Both the position numbers and the translations under genes were made by a program. Below, one piece after another: positions 24,684-32,000 of a stretch of DNA of 32,000 nt. Source of the stretch: an uncultured Thiothrix sp. (lineage in GTDB: Bacteria > Pseudomonadota > Gammaproteobacteria > Thiotrichales > Thiotrichaceae); NCBI GenBank assembly GCA_964293125.1, contig CAXYXY010000011.1, forward strand, positions 16,171 through 48,170, in the 5' to 3' direction. The notes beneath the pieces are model-generated. The model did not search any database, was not told where the DNA came from, and saw only the letters and a program-made list of their open reading frames with translations. Within the stretch, counting starts at the first letter, position 1. Every line of letters begins with the position of its first letter.

Positions 24684-26152
24684 AGAATCTTGAAGGCTCC
24701 TGCTTCCAGGTTGATATCGGGTTTACTGGGCGCATCACCTATTGGAATCGACTGGTAATACTGATGAATACCCTTGATCCAGGCATGAGCACGCTCGTTC
24801 AGTTGGAACTCGTCCGTCATCAGGCGACCCCGGGTGATCAGAATCCCTAAATCAGCGCCTTCATAATGATAGTCGCCAGTGCCACTGATGCGCAGATAGA
24901 ACGCTTCCTGCTCGGTTTCGACCGCACGCCGGTGGTAGTCAAACCGTGCATACGTGACATTGCCTGCGGCATCCATCCGCCAGATGCCGGATTCCGGTGC
25001 CTGCGTAATATAGCCGACTGTGTCGGGGGTATGCTTGATGACCAACTGACTCCAGCTGTCGATGTTGTCCGGGTGTGACCAACGCTCGTTCAGATCATCA
25101 ATATCGAGATCAAAGTCGACATCACTCATTTCCAGCAAGTGGAACAGGAACAGGGGGGCGTCGGCATGCGCAAACGCCGCATGGTTCGTCATGGAACTGG
25201 CACCCGTCACGCGGGGGTTCAATTCACCCAGATACAGTTCGCCGGTGTCCTGATCGATCAGGAAGTCGAGTTCGAAGTAACCGCGATAGCCTTCTTCGCG
25301 CAGTGCTTCACCAAACTGGAACGTATACTGACGTGCCTTGTCGCGAATTTCCTGGGTGAAGGAGTTGGCGAAGATTTCGTTACCACACCAGCCGCCTTTG
25401 TACGGAGTCAGCTCTTTGAAGCCCACCAGTTCGGTCATCAAAGGGCCAACGATGGTGCCGCGCTTGGTCGTACAGGCTTCAATCGCGGAGCCGCGCACGT
25501 TGACGCGCTTCATGATCTTGACTTCACCTTCGCCAATAATCTCATCCGAATGTTTGTCGAATTCAGCTTCGTTGGAGATAAAGAAGGTGGTGTGCCCGGA
25601 ATCACCAAACGCGGTCTGCAGCACCAGATCAGTCCCAATACCCGCTGCCTTGGAGACTTCGCACAGTTGCTGGTAACTGCTGACCTCGGCGAGTGCATTC
25701 GGGACGCTGGGTACACCGGCACGATTACCAATCCGCACCGTTTCGATTTTGTTGTCCATCCGGGTGCGCAGTTCTGCTTTCGGGAACCAGACATCCATGC
25801 CCAGTTCTTTGCTGAGCTGTTCGGTTTCTTCATCAAACATCAGGTAGACCGCTTTCGGATCACCACCCCGTTTTTTGATGAAGTCGATTACTTCCTTGTG
25901 TTGCAGCATGTAGTTGTTGATGTCTTCGATGCTTTCGAATTCGCGGTGCGGTGTTTCGGAAGGCACCATGACGGCTGGATGGCGACCATCGAAGCAGTCC
26001 AGGTAATTAATGTAGCGGAAATTACCGACCCACTCATTGATACCCAGCAAATTGAAGTTGGTGGCACTGATAAAATAAATAGGCGTTTCATTGCGGTGAA
26101 AATAGCGGCGAATTTCAGAAATATTTCGTAACTTGACGGGCTTGTCGGACAT
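24680..26152 (-). CDS. ATP-grasp domain ligase (biotin-carboxylase-like fold, unknown substrate)
   Basis: 490 aa from the ATG at 26152 (AGGAGG 8 nt upstream); the track's 26272 start overlaps the decarboxylase gene. YFELDFLIDQDTGELYLGELNPRVTGAS is a typical ATP-grasp Mg/ATP-site motif. Confidence 0.75.
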   Translation of the reverse strand: MSDKPVKLRNISEIRRYFHRNETPIYFISATNFNLLGINEWVGNFRYINYLDCFDGRHPAVMVPSETPHREFESIEDINNYMLQHKEVIDFIKKRGGDPKAVYLMFDEETEQLSKELGMDVWFPKAELRTRMDNKIETVRIGNRAGVPSVPNALAEVSSYQQLCEVSKAAGIGTDLVLQTAFGDSGHTTFFISNEAEFDKHSDEIIGEGEVKIMKRVNVRGSAIEACTTKRGTIVGPLMTELVGFKELTPYKGGWCGNEIFANSFTQEIRDKARQYTFQFGEALREEGYRGYFELDFLIDQDTGELYLGELNPRVTGASSMTNHAAFAHADAPLFLFHLLEMSDVDFDLDIDDLNERWSHPDNIDSWSQLVIKHTPDTVGYITQAPESGIWRMDAAGNVTYARFDYHRRAVETEQEAFYLRISGTGDYHYEGADLGILITRGRLMTDEFQLNERAHAWIKGIHQYYQSIPIGDAPSKPDINLEAGAFKIL

Positions 26153-26258
26153 TAAGCTTTCCTCCTGTGTGGGGCTACTGATGAGCGCAGGTCGAATACG
26201 CTCGTAAAGATTCCTCAAGCCAGTCAGCTGGAGGAATCGGATCAATGGATGGACTCGA

Positions 26259-29036
26259 TTACTTGGGGGCAAGTGTGGCCAGTGCCTCTGGGGTAAACAC
26301 CTGCAAACCCAGTTCGGGCTGATAACCGTGAATTTCTTTCACATCCAGCGCCAGCATAAACGCGAGAATTTCCGGGCTGATCACCTGCCCCGGCACCAGA
26401 ATCGGGAAACCGGGCGGGTAAGGAATGACAAAGGACGCGGAGACCAGATCACGGCCTGCTGCCATTTCCTGTTCAATACTGCCATCATCAATCAGGAAAT
26501 ATTCACAGTTATCCAGATCAGCAGCCAGGAAGTAGGCGATGCGCATTTTGCCATCCGGCGTCGGATTTGCATTGTCACGCAGGAATTCCCGGCTGAAACG
26601 GCTGAAATCCGGCAAAGGTGGCAGATCTTCCGACAGCGAGCGTATCCGGCGTTGCATCATCCGCTGTTCGGCGTGGCTAGCATCCTCGTTATCGCGTTCC
26701 AGATCAGTGGCAATCCGTACCAGCACTTCGAGCAGAAAAGCAACTGAACTGCGGGTGGTGCCAATATTGGTCATGAACAGAACCGTGTTCCGGGACGTTT
26801 TGTTGATCTGAATCCCGTACTTGTCCATCAGGTATTTGTTCTTGAAGGTGTCGCCGTCGATCCCGGTTTTGCCCAGATACAGGGTGAGGCGCGTCGGGTC
26901 AATCACGAAGTCATCCTGTTCCCAGGCGCGCTCCATCGCATTATTCGCCCAGCCGGTTTCCTGGCTGTAATAGGACTTGATCCCGGAAGGTCGAAATTCC
27001 TCGGGAATCATGTCTTCGGCCACCAGAAAACGGAAATACTTGCTGAGCAAAGGGTGGGAGGCTACTCGTTCCCGAATCGCCATGGCCAGTTCCAACTGGT
27101 GCTGCACCAGCTCAAAACCTTCCAGTTCAACCTGTCGCCGTCCGGCATCCAGACTGGCCAGAATCTGGTAATTGGGCGAGGTCGAAGTGTGAGTCATGAA
27201 CGCTTCAGTGAACGAGGGGCTGACCCGGTGTTTGAAGTCCTGGTCATGCACATGGATCATTGAACCCTGGCGCAGTGAGGTCAGTGACTTATGGGTCGAT
27301 TGGGTGGCATACACCCGGATTCTGACCTTGTCCGGGTCAGGCAGCAGGTGTTCATCCAGCAGGGCATGGTTGTCCATCCCGGCGGTGCGTTCTACAAACG
27401 CCTCATATTCTGCACGGTACTCGGGCGTCTGGTATTTTGCGCGTAATTTGGTGGCGTTGGCCATTGCGGTACGCTTGCGGTAGGTCGGGATGCAGTGTGC
27501 GAATGCAAACCAGGCTTCATCCCAAAGGAAGATCAGATCCGGTTTGATCGCCAGACACTCTTCCATGACCCGCTCGACGTTATAGACCACACCGTCAAAG
27601 GTACAATTGGTCAGCAGCAGCATCCGTACCTGACCCAGCAAGCCTGCATCACGGTAAGTCAGCAGACGTTCCTTGATTTCGCGGATAGGCACTGCGCCAT
27701 ACATGGAATAGTCATGCAGCGGATAAGAATCCAGATAGGAAACGCGTGCCCCCGCCAACACCATGCCGTAATGGTGTGATTTATGGCAGTCGCGGTCGAT
27801 CAGCACAATATCATCCGGGCGCACCAGCGCCTGCACGACAATTTTGTTGGACGTTGAAGTGCCGTTGGTGACGAAGAAGGTGCGGCGGGCGCCAAAAGCG
27901 CGTGCCGCCAGCTCTTGAGCTTTTTTGATCGGCCCGTGCGGCTGCAACAGCGAATCCAGACCACCCGAAGTGGCAGAGGTTTCTGCGAGGAAGATATTGA
28001 TGCCGTAAAAATGCACCATGTCCTTGATCCAGTGTGACTTGGTGATCGATTTGCCGCGTGAAATCGGCATGGCGTGGAAAACACCCGTGGGCTGACGGCT
28101 GTATTCGCGCAATGCGGTGAAAAACGGCGTCTGGTAGCGCTCCTGAACACCGCGCAGGATATTCAGGTGCAGCTCCAGATGGTCTTCCTGCCGGTAGAAA
28201 ATACGGCGGAAGCGTTTGGTGACGCGTCCAGCCAGATCTTCAACTGCGCTGTTAGTAACCAGATACTGATCCAGTTCGGGGCGCAAGTCGTTCAGCAGCC
28301 CTGCCAGCAAGGGGCCACGCTCGTTTTCGGACGTGTCTTCGTAGACGGCTTCATCGATATGGGCGAGGGAGCGCTGCAGTAATTCCAGATGGTTCTTGGA
28401 GCGCAGCGGGAAGCCATAACGAATGACGCAAGCCTGCAAGTTATAGTTGAACAATACTGCAATCAGCGCATCTTCCAGGCTGGGAACGACCACGATGTCA
28501 TAGATGAAGCGGTCTTCCGGGCGGCGTACTTTGCGCAGGTTATCACGTAATAGCTGGATGTCTTCTTCAGAACTGTCATCCACGAACAGTACTTCAAAGT
28601 ACAGACGTTGCTGGCCGCTTTCTTCCGCTGCCTTGGCGGCGGCTGCCCCTTCGTCACGGGAGGAGAGTTCTTTGGTGTTGGTAATATCGATGGGGCGCAG
28701 GCGGTAGAGCTCACTGCTGAGGACGCGGACAATATAGGAGACGGTTTGTGCTAGTGCAGAATAGTCTTCATTATCAAACAGGTACCAGAGATGGCGAAAA
28801 TCTTCGGTGGAGGGGAAAGCCGTGTATTCTTCAATGGTGTGCAGGACTTCCATTGAAGCGCGGGTGGTGACGAGGATCTGTTTGGTATTGCCATGCTTTT
28901 GGTGACGGTCACGCAAGCGTTGCGTAAGGCTTTCTAGCTCGTGCCAGGTATCAAAACGTAGCTGGGTCGGGCTATGGTAGTAGTCCAAACGTGTTTTGGC
29001 TGCGGTCGAGGTGACAGGTGTTTTTTTCTCGCTCAT
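26259..29036 (-). CDS. Orn/Lys/Arg decarboxylase family PLP enzyme, long form with N-terminal extension
   Basis: 925 aa. PLP-lysine motif YATQSTHKSLTSL. CheY-like wing region LYFEVLFVDDSSEEDIQLL...VVVPSLEDAL. An extra ~140 aa precede the wing domain. Confidence 0.85.
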   Translation of the reverse strand: MSEKKTPVTSTAAKTRLDYYHSPTQLRFDTWHELESLTQRLRDRHQKHGNTKQILVTTRASMEVLHTIEEYTAFPSTEDFRHLWYLFDNEDYSALAQTVSYIVRVLSSELYRLRPIDITNTKELSSRDEGAAAAKAAEESGQQRLYFEVLFVDDSSEEDIQLLRDNLRKVRRPEDRFIYDIVVVPSLEDALIAVLFNYNLQACVIRYGFPLRSKNHLELLQRSLAHIDEAVYEDTSENERGPLLAGLLNDLRPELDQYLVTNSAVEDLAGRVTKRFRRIFYRQEDHLELHLNILRGVQERYQTPFFTALREYSRQPTGVFHAMPISRGKSITKSHWIKDMVHFYGINIFLAETSATSGGLDSLLQPHGPIKKAQELAARAFGARRTFFVTNGTSTSNKIVVQALVRPDDIVLIDRDCHKSHHYGMVLAGARVSYLDSYPLHDYSMYGAVPIREIKERLLTYRDAGLLGQVRMLLLTNCTFDGVVYNVERVMEECLAIKPDLIFLWDEAWFAFAHCIPTYRKRTAMANATKLRAKYQTPEYRAEYEAFVERTAGMDNHALLDEHLLPDPDKVRIRVYATQSTHKSLTSLRQGSMIHVHDQDFKHRVSPSFTEAFMTHTSTSPNYQILASLDAGRRQVELEGFELVQHQLELAMAIRERVASHPLLSKYFRFLVAEDMIPEEFRPSGIKSYYSQETGWANNAMERAWEQDDFVIDPTRLTLYLGKTGIDGDTFKNKYLMDKYGIQINKTSRNTVLFMTNIGTTRSSVAFLLEVLVRIATDLERDNEDASHAEQRMMQRRIRSLSEDLPPLPDFSRFSREFLRDNANPTPDGKMRIAYFLAADLDNCEYFLIDDGSIEQEMAAGRDLVSASFVIPYPPGFPILVPGQVISPEILAFMLALDVKEIHGYQPELGLQVFTPEALATLAPK

Positions 29037-29106
29037 CTAAATCGTGCTCCTCCGGGTGCTGGAAGCCTGGGGTCAGGCTCCCGGTGTTATAATCTCGCGG
29101 TGTAGC

Positions 29107-29967
29107 TCAGCTTTTTTCTCTACGGGCGGGTAACTGCAATGGCCCCAGTTCTGCCAGGTAAGGAAATTCAGCAGGTGTGTCATAGACAGTGAAGTGACAT
29201 TCACGATCACGGAAGCTTTTTAGCGGCTGACCCAGTCCTAAAATACCGCTTTCACGTTCATGGCGTACCCGTTCAAGATTGACTTCAATCGGGAACACTT
29301 CTTCGTTGGTACGACACTGGTGCAGTACAAATCCGGAAGGTGCCACCACTGAGGACAGGCCATTACCGCCATCGCCCACGCCATTGACATCAAAGAAGTA
29401 ACACTGGTTGGTAGCGGCTGAAGCGCGGGCAATGCTGGTTTCTACATCACGGTCGATGGTATCGGTAAAGGTTGGGTGTAAAATCACCTCGGCACCCATC
29501 GCCACCAGTGTGCGGGTGGTTTCCGGGAACCACATGTCGTAACAAATGGAGATACCAAAACGCCCGACTTCCGGCACATCGAACACTACAAAGCGATCAC
29601 CAGCCGTCACGCCTTTTTCGTAAGGACGAAACGGGAACATTTTACGGTAGCGGTCAACGACTACCCCCTGGGGGTTGATGATGGATGCAGTGTTATAGAC
29701 CTTGTCACCCTCCAGTTCAAACATCGAGCCAGGAATCAGCCAGATATTAAACTGCTTGGCCCAGCGTTGAAAAATCTCTTCAGTCGGGCCAGGCAAGGAC
29801 TGGGCATTGACCGGGCTTGGACCAAACGGTGCCAACTCGCTGAAAACGACCATTTCTACCCAGGGAAAGCGTGACATCAGCACCGCGAGCTTGGTGTACA
29901 TCGCATCAAGGTTGGAGCTGACAGCAGACAACTCCATTTGAATACCAGCAATGGCAAAACGTGTCAT
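29107..29967 (-). CDS. Carbon-nitrogen hydrolase (nitrilase superfamily amidase)
   Basis: 286 aa. The Glu-Lys-Cys triad contexts are VVFSELAPFG, YRKMFPF and FGISICYDMWFPE. Confidence 0.85.
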   Translation of the reverse strand: MTRFAIAGIQMELSAVSSNLDAMYTKLAVLMSRFPWVEMVVFSELAPFGPSPVNAQSLPGPTEEIFQRWAKQFNIWLIPGSMFELEGDKVYNTASIINPQGVVVDRYRKMFPFRPYEKGVTAGDRFVVFDVPEVGRFGISICYDMWFPETTRTLVAMGAEVILHPTFTDTIDRDVETSIARASAATNQCYFFDVNGVGDGGNGLSSVVAPSGFVLHQCRTNEEVFPIEVNLERVRHERESGILGLGQPLKSFRDRECHFTVYDTPAEFPYLAELGPLQLPARREKS

Positions 29968-30081
29968 AAAGATGGGTTACTCACAGTTAATAGCCCTACA
30001 TCCTAACATAGGCGGGCAAGAAGCATTCGTACCACATTTGCGGTATGGCAGGTGCGTCAGCTGGCTGGGGTAGGGTAATCA

Positions 30082-31848
30082 TCAGGCTTTTTGGGGTTGT
30101 GGCTCCAGATACACGGTTTGTGATGGGAAGGCGAGATCCGTACCCGCCGCCGCCACTATTTCCATCACTTTCAGCAGGAGGGTTTCCTGATGTTCCAGAA
30201 ACTTTTCTAGGTCATGCGTCATGACATCGGCCTTGATGCCGACAGTCAGGGAGAAGTCGCCAAGTGCTTCGAGGCGTACCCGGTGATTTTCAATCCACGG
30301 CATTTCATCCAGATAATGGCGCAGATTATCCATGATGGACTGTAACTGCTCGTGGGTGGTTTCGTAACGCAGGCCGATGGAAGCTCTTAGTACCCGGCAG
30401 GATCTCCGCGACAGGTTGGTAATATTGGCAGTCGAGAAATAGGAATTGGGGACAATCACCAGCGTTTTGTCAAGCGTAAGGATGCGGGTAGAACGCAGGC
30501 CAATGTCTGTCACTGTACCCCGGATGTTGCCAAATTCGCAGTCTTCGCCGATGCGTACCGGACGGTCTAGGAACAGGGTCAGGCCACCGACCACATTCTT
30601 GAAATACTCCTGCGCCCCAATACCGATGGCCAAACCCATTGCACCAAAACCAGCCAGCAGTGGTGCAATGGGAATGCCCAGCGATTGTGCGCCGAAGTAA
30701 ATGACGGTGGCGGCGGCAATCACAGAAATCAAACGTAACATGGTGCGAATTAGGCTGGCATCAATGCTGCGGGCGTTCAGCTCCTGCGTTTCCCAGACCT
30801 TTTCGGCTAGCCAGTTGAGCAGTGTGTAAGTAAACCAACTAGCAGTGATGAACAGCAGGGATTTGATCAGGAAGGATACGCCGACGAATACATCCGCTGT
30901 GATGTTGAATACGTCTTCGATCAGATCATGACTTCCCCATAGCAATAGGCCGATGAGCAGAGGAACAATGATATCCAGCAGGCTGTGGTTTTCGTCATGT
31001 GCGGCGTGCATATGCCAGCGGATCAGGTACATACTGATGCTGATCAGTAAGAGCAAGGTGCCGCCCATAGCCATCCATTGCCAGAGGGTTTGATCGAGGT
31101 AGAGGGCATCTTTGCTCCAGTCGGGTAGCCACAGGTTCCATTTGGGGGGCAGCAAATGACCGGGGGTACTGGTGTAGTAATCGTAGAAATTGTATTGGTT
31201 CAGGCTCGATTGTCTGAGTGGCGGTAGGTTGTGCACCTGCGCAAAGAATTCGGGAATGCGGTGTACGGTGTCAGGTGAGAACAGATATTCATCGACATAC
31301 TGGTCTTTGACCCCGAGTACAATAGCGATTTCAGTCCCGGGAATTTCCCAGCGTTGCAGGGGTTTGTCTGTGTCGCCGACCGCTGAGCTATCCGGAATGG
31401 TATTTTGTTCCGGTAATGGAATGCGCTCGAAAATTTCTTTCAGCATCAGGGCTCGTTCCAGACCGACACGGGCACGGTGCGCTTCGGGGATGTCGCTCAG
31501 GTTGAGGGTGCGGATAGCCTGTTCCAGGAGCTCTTCGGCGTATGCGCCCTGGGCAATGTGTTGTGGAGTGTGGAACAGCCCCTTTTCCTTGACAGCCTGC
31601 TGTTCCACGGTGTTAACCATATTGATGGCTTGGGTGGTTTTGTCGAGGAATTCTCGCAGCGTATCGCGCGGGGAGCGGGTGGCTGGTGGTGAGAGCGGGT
31701 TAATGCTGCCATTGGCGAAATTGTCGAAATCGCTGACCGCAGGTGTTTGTTCCGCTGTAATGGCTGGCTCTGATGGTTTGGCAGCCAGAACGGTATGGTG
31801 GATAAAAAATAGAAATGGAACGAATATTAACCATGCTCTTACACTCAT
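30082..31848 (-). CDS. Mechanosensitive ion channel family protein (MscS-like, large periplasmic N-domain)
   Basis: MscS core [28 protein letters not shown]...[26 protein letters not shown]. Start set at ATG 31848, giving the signal-like [23 protein letters not shown]. The track ORF begins at 31944. Confidence 0.85.
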   Translation of the reverse strand: MSVRAWLIFVPFLFFIHHTVLAAKPSEPAITAEQTPAVSDFDNFANGSINPLSPPATRSPRDTLREFLDKTTQAINMVNTVEQQAVKEKGLFHTPQHIAQGAYAEELLEQAIRTLNLSDIPEAHRARVGLERALMLKEIFERIPLPEQNTIPDSSAVGDTDKPLQRWEIPGTEIAIVLGVKDQYVDEYLFSPDTVHRIPEFFAQVHNLPPLRQSSLNQYNFYDYYTSTPGHLLPPKWNLWLPDWSKDALYLDQTLWQWMAMGGTLLLLISISMYLIRWHMHAAHDENHSLLDIIVPLLIGLLLWGSHDLIEDVFNITADVFVGVSFLIKSLLFITASWFTYTLLNWLAEKVWETQELNARSIDASLIRTMLRLISVIAAATVIYFGAQSLGIPIAPLLAGFGAMGLAIGIGAQEYFKNVVGGLTLFLDRPVRIGEDCEFGNIRGTVTDIGLRSTRILTLDKTLVIVPNSYFSTANITNLSRRSCRVLRASIGLRYETTHEQLQSIMDNLRHYLDEMPWIENHRVRLEALGDFSLTVGIKADVMTHDLEKFLEHQETLLLKVMEIVAAAGTDLAFPSQTVYLEPQPQKA

Positions 31849-32000
31849 GTACACCCTGCCTCTTCCTCCAACATCCATTGTAATCGATGTCGATATACTC
31901 AAAAATAGTTTGTTGCATCGCATCGAGAGCATCGAGAGTGACAAAGCGCTCCCCGTGGATGCATTCTACTTTCAGTGAATGAAAAAAAGATAGAGCTGGT

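Noticed and set aside
25139-26131. Long plus-strand ORF (330 aa) antisense to the ATP-grasp gene. Similar long shadow ORFs lie at 4620-5279(-), 5548-6132(-), 11415-11990(+), 16419-16926(+), 17547-18197(+) and 31190-31978(+).
   Set aside because: - Each lies fully inside a strongly supported gene on the other strand or in another frame.
- The translations are low-complexity and rich in R, G, A and P, as expected for stop-poor alternative frames in GC-rich DNA.
- None has an RBS or a recognisable motif.
1-32000. CRISPR arrays, tRNA/rRNA genes, IS elements, integrases and prophage remnants.
   Set aside because: No regularly spaced direct repeats, no tRNA-like or rRNA-like segments and no transposase- or integrase-like ORFs turned up in a manual read of the intergenic regions and the ORF track. 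A covariance-model scan (tRNAscan or Infernal) would be needed to exclude small ncRNAs formally.

Overview
This looks like a gammaproteobacterial chromosomal segment, roughly 50-55% GC by eye. No rRNA, tRNA, CRISPR array, transposase or integrase was seen.

- **Left (1-7582):** a putrescine uptake operon (potF-potG-potH, minus strand) faces a gamma-glutamyl-polyamine catabolic operon on the plus strand. That operon has a puuA-like GS-family ligase, a spuC-like aminotransferase, a puuB-like FAD oxidase and a small HD-domain alarmone-hydrolase-like gene. The shared intergenic region carries a duplicated palindromic motif and a perfect 21-bp palindrome.
- **Centre (7632-23611, minus strand):** a complete, intact type 1 BREX operon: small unknown leader ORF, brxA, brxB, brxC, pglX, pglZ, brxL.
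- **Right (23694-31848, minus strand):** a tightly packed four-gene operon (CN-hydrolase, unusually long Orn/Lys/Arg decarboxylase, ATP-grasp ligase, C45 Ntn-hydrolase), then an MscS-family channel.

The BREX operon has three oddities:
1. A translationally coupled two-gene module sits between pglX and pglZ: an ABC-type AAA_15/21 ATPase plus a DUF4276/Toprim-like protein, together a split OLD-like architecture. This is my best candidate for an under-described system or BREX accessory.
2. pglX is a compositional mosaic. About 1.5 kb of AT-rich DNA starts right after the NPPF catalytic motif and covers the presumed target-recognition region.
3. A ~120-bp imperfect palindromic REP/MITE-like element sits in frame inside pglX, just upstream of SAM-binding motif I.

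All family assignments come from motif recognition by eye and need HMM or BLAST confirmation.
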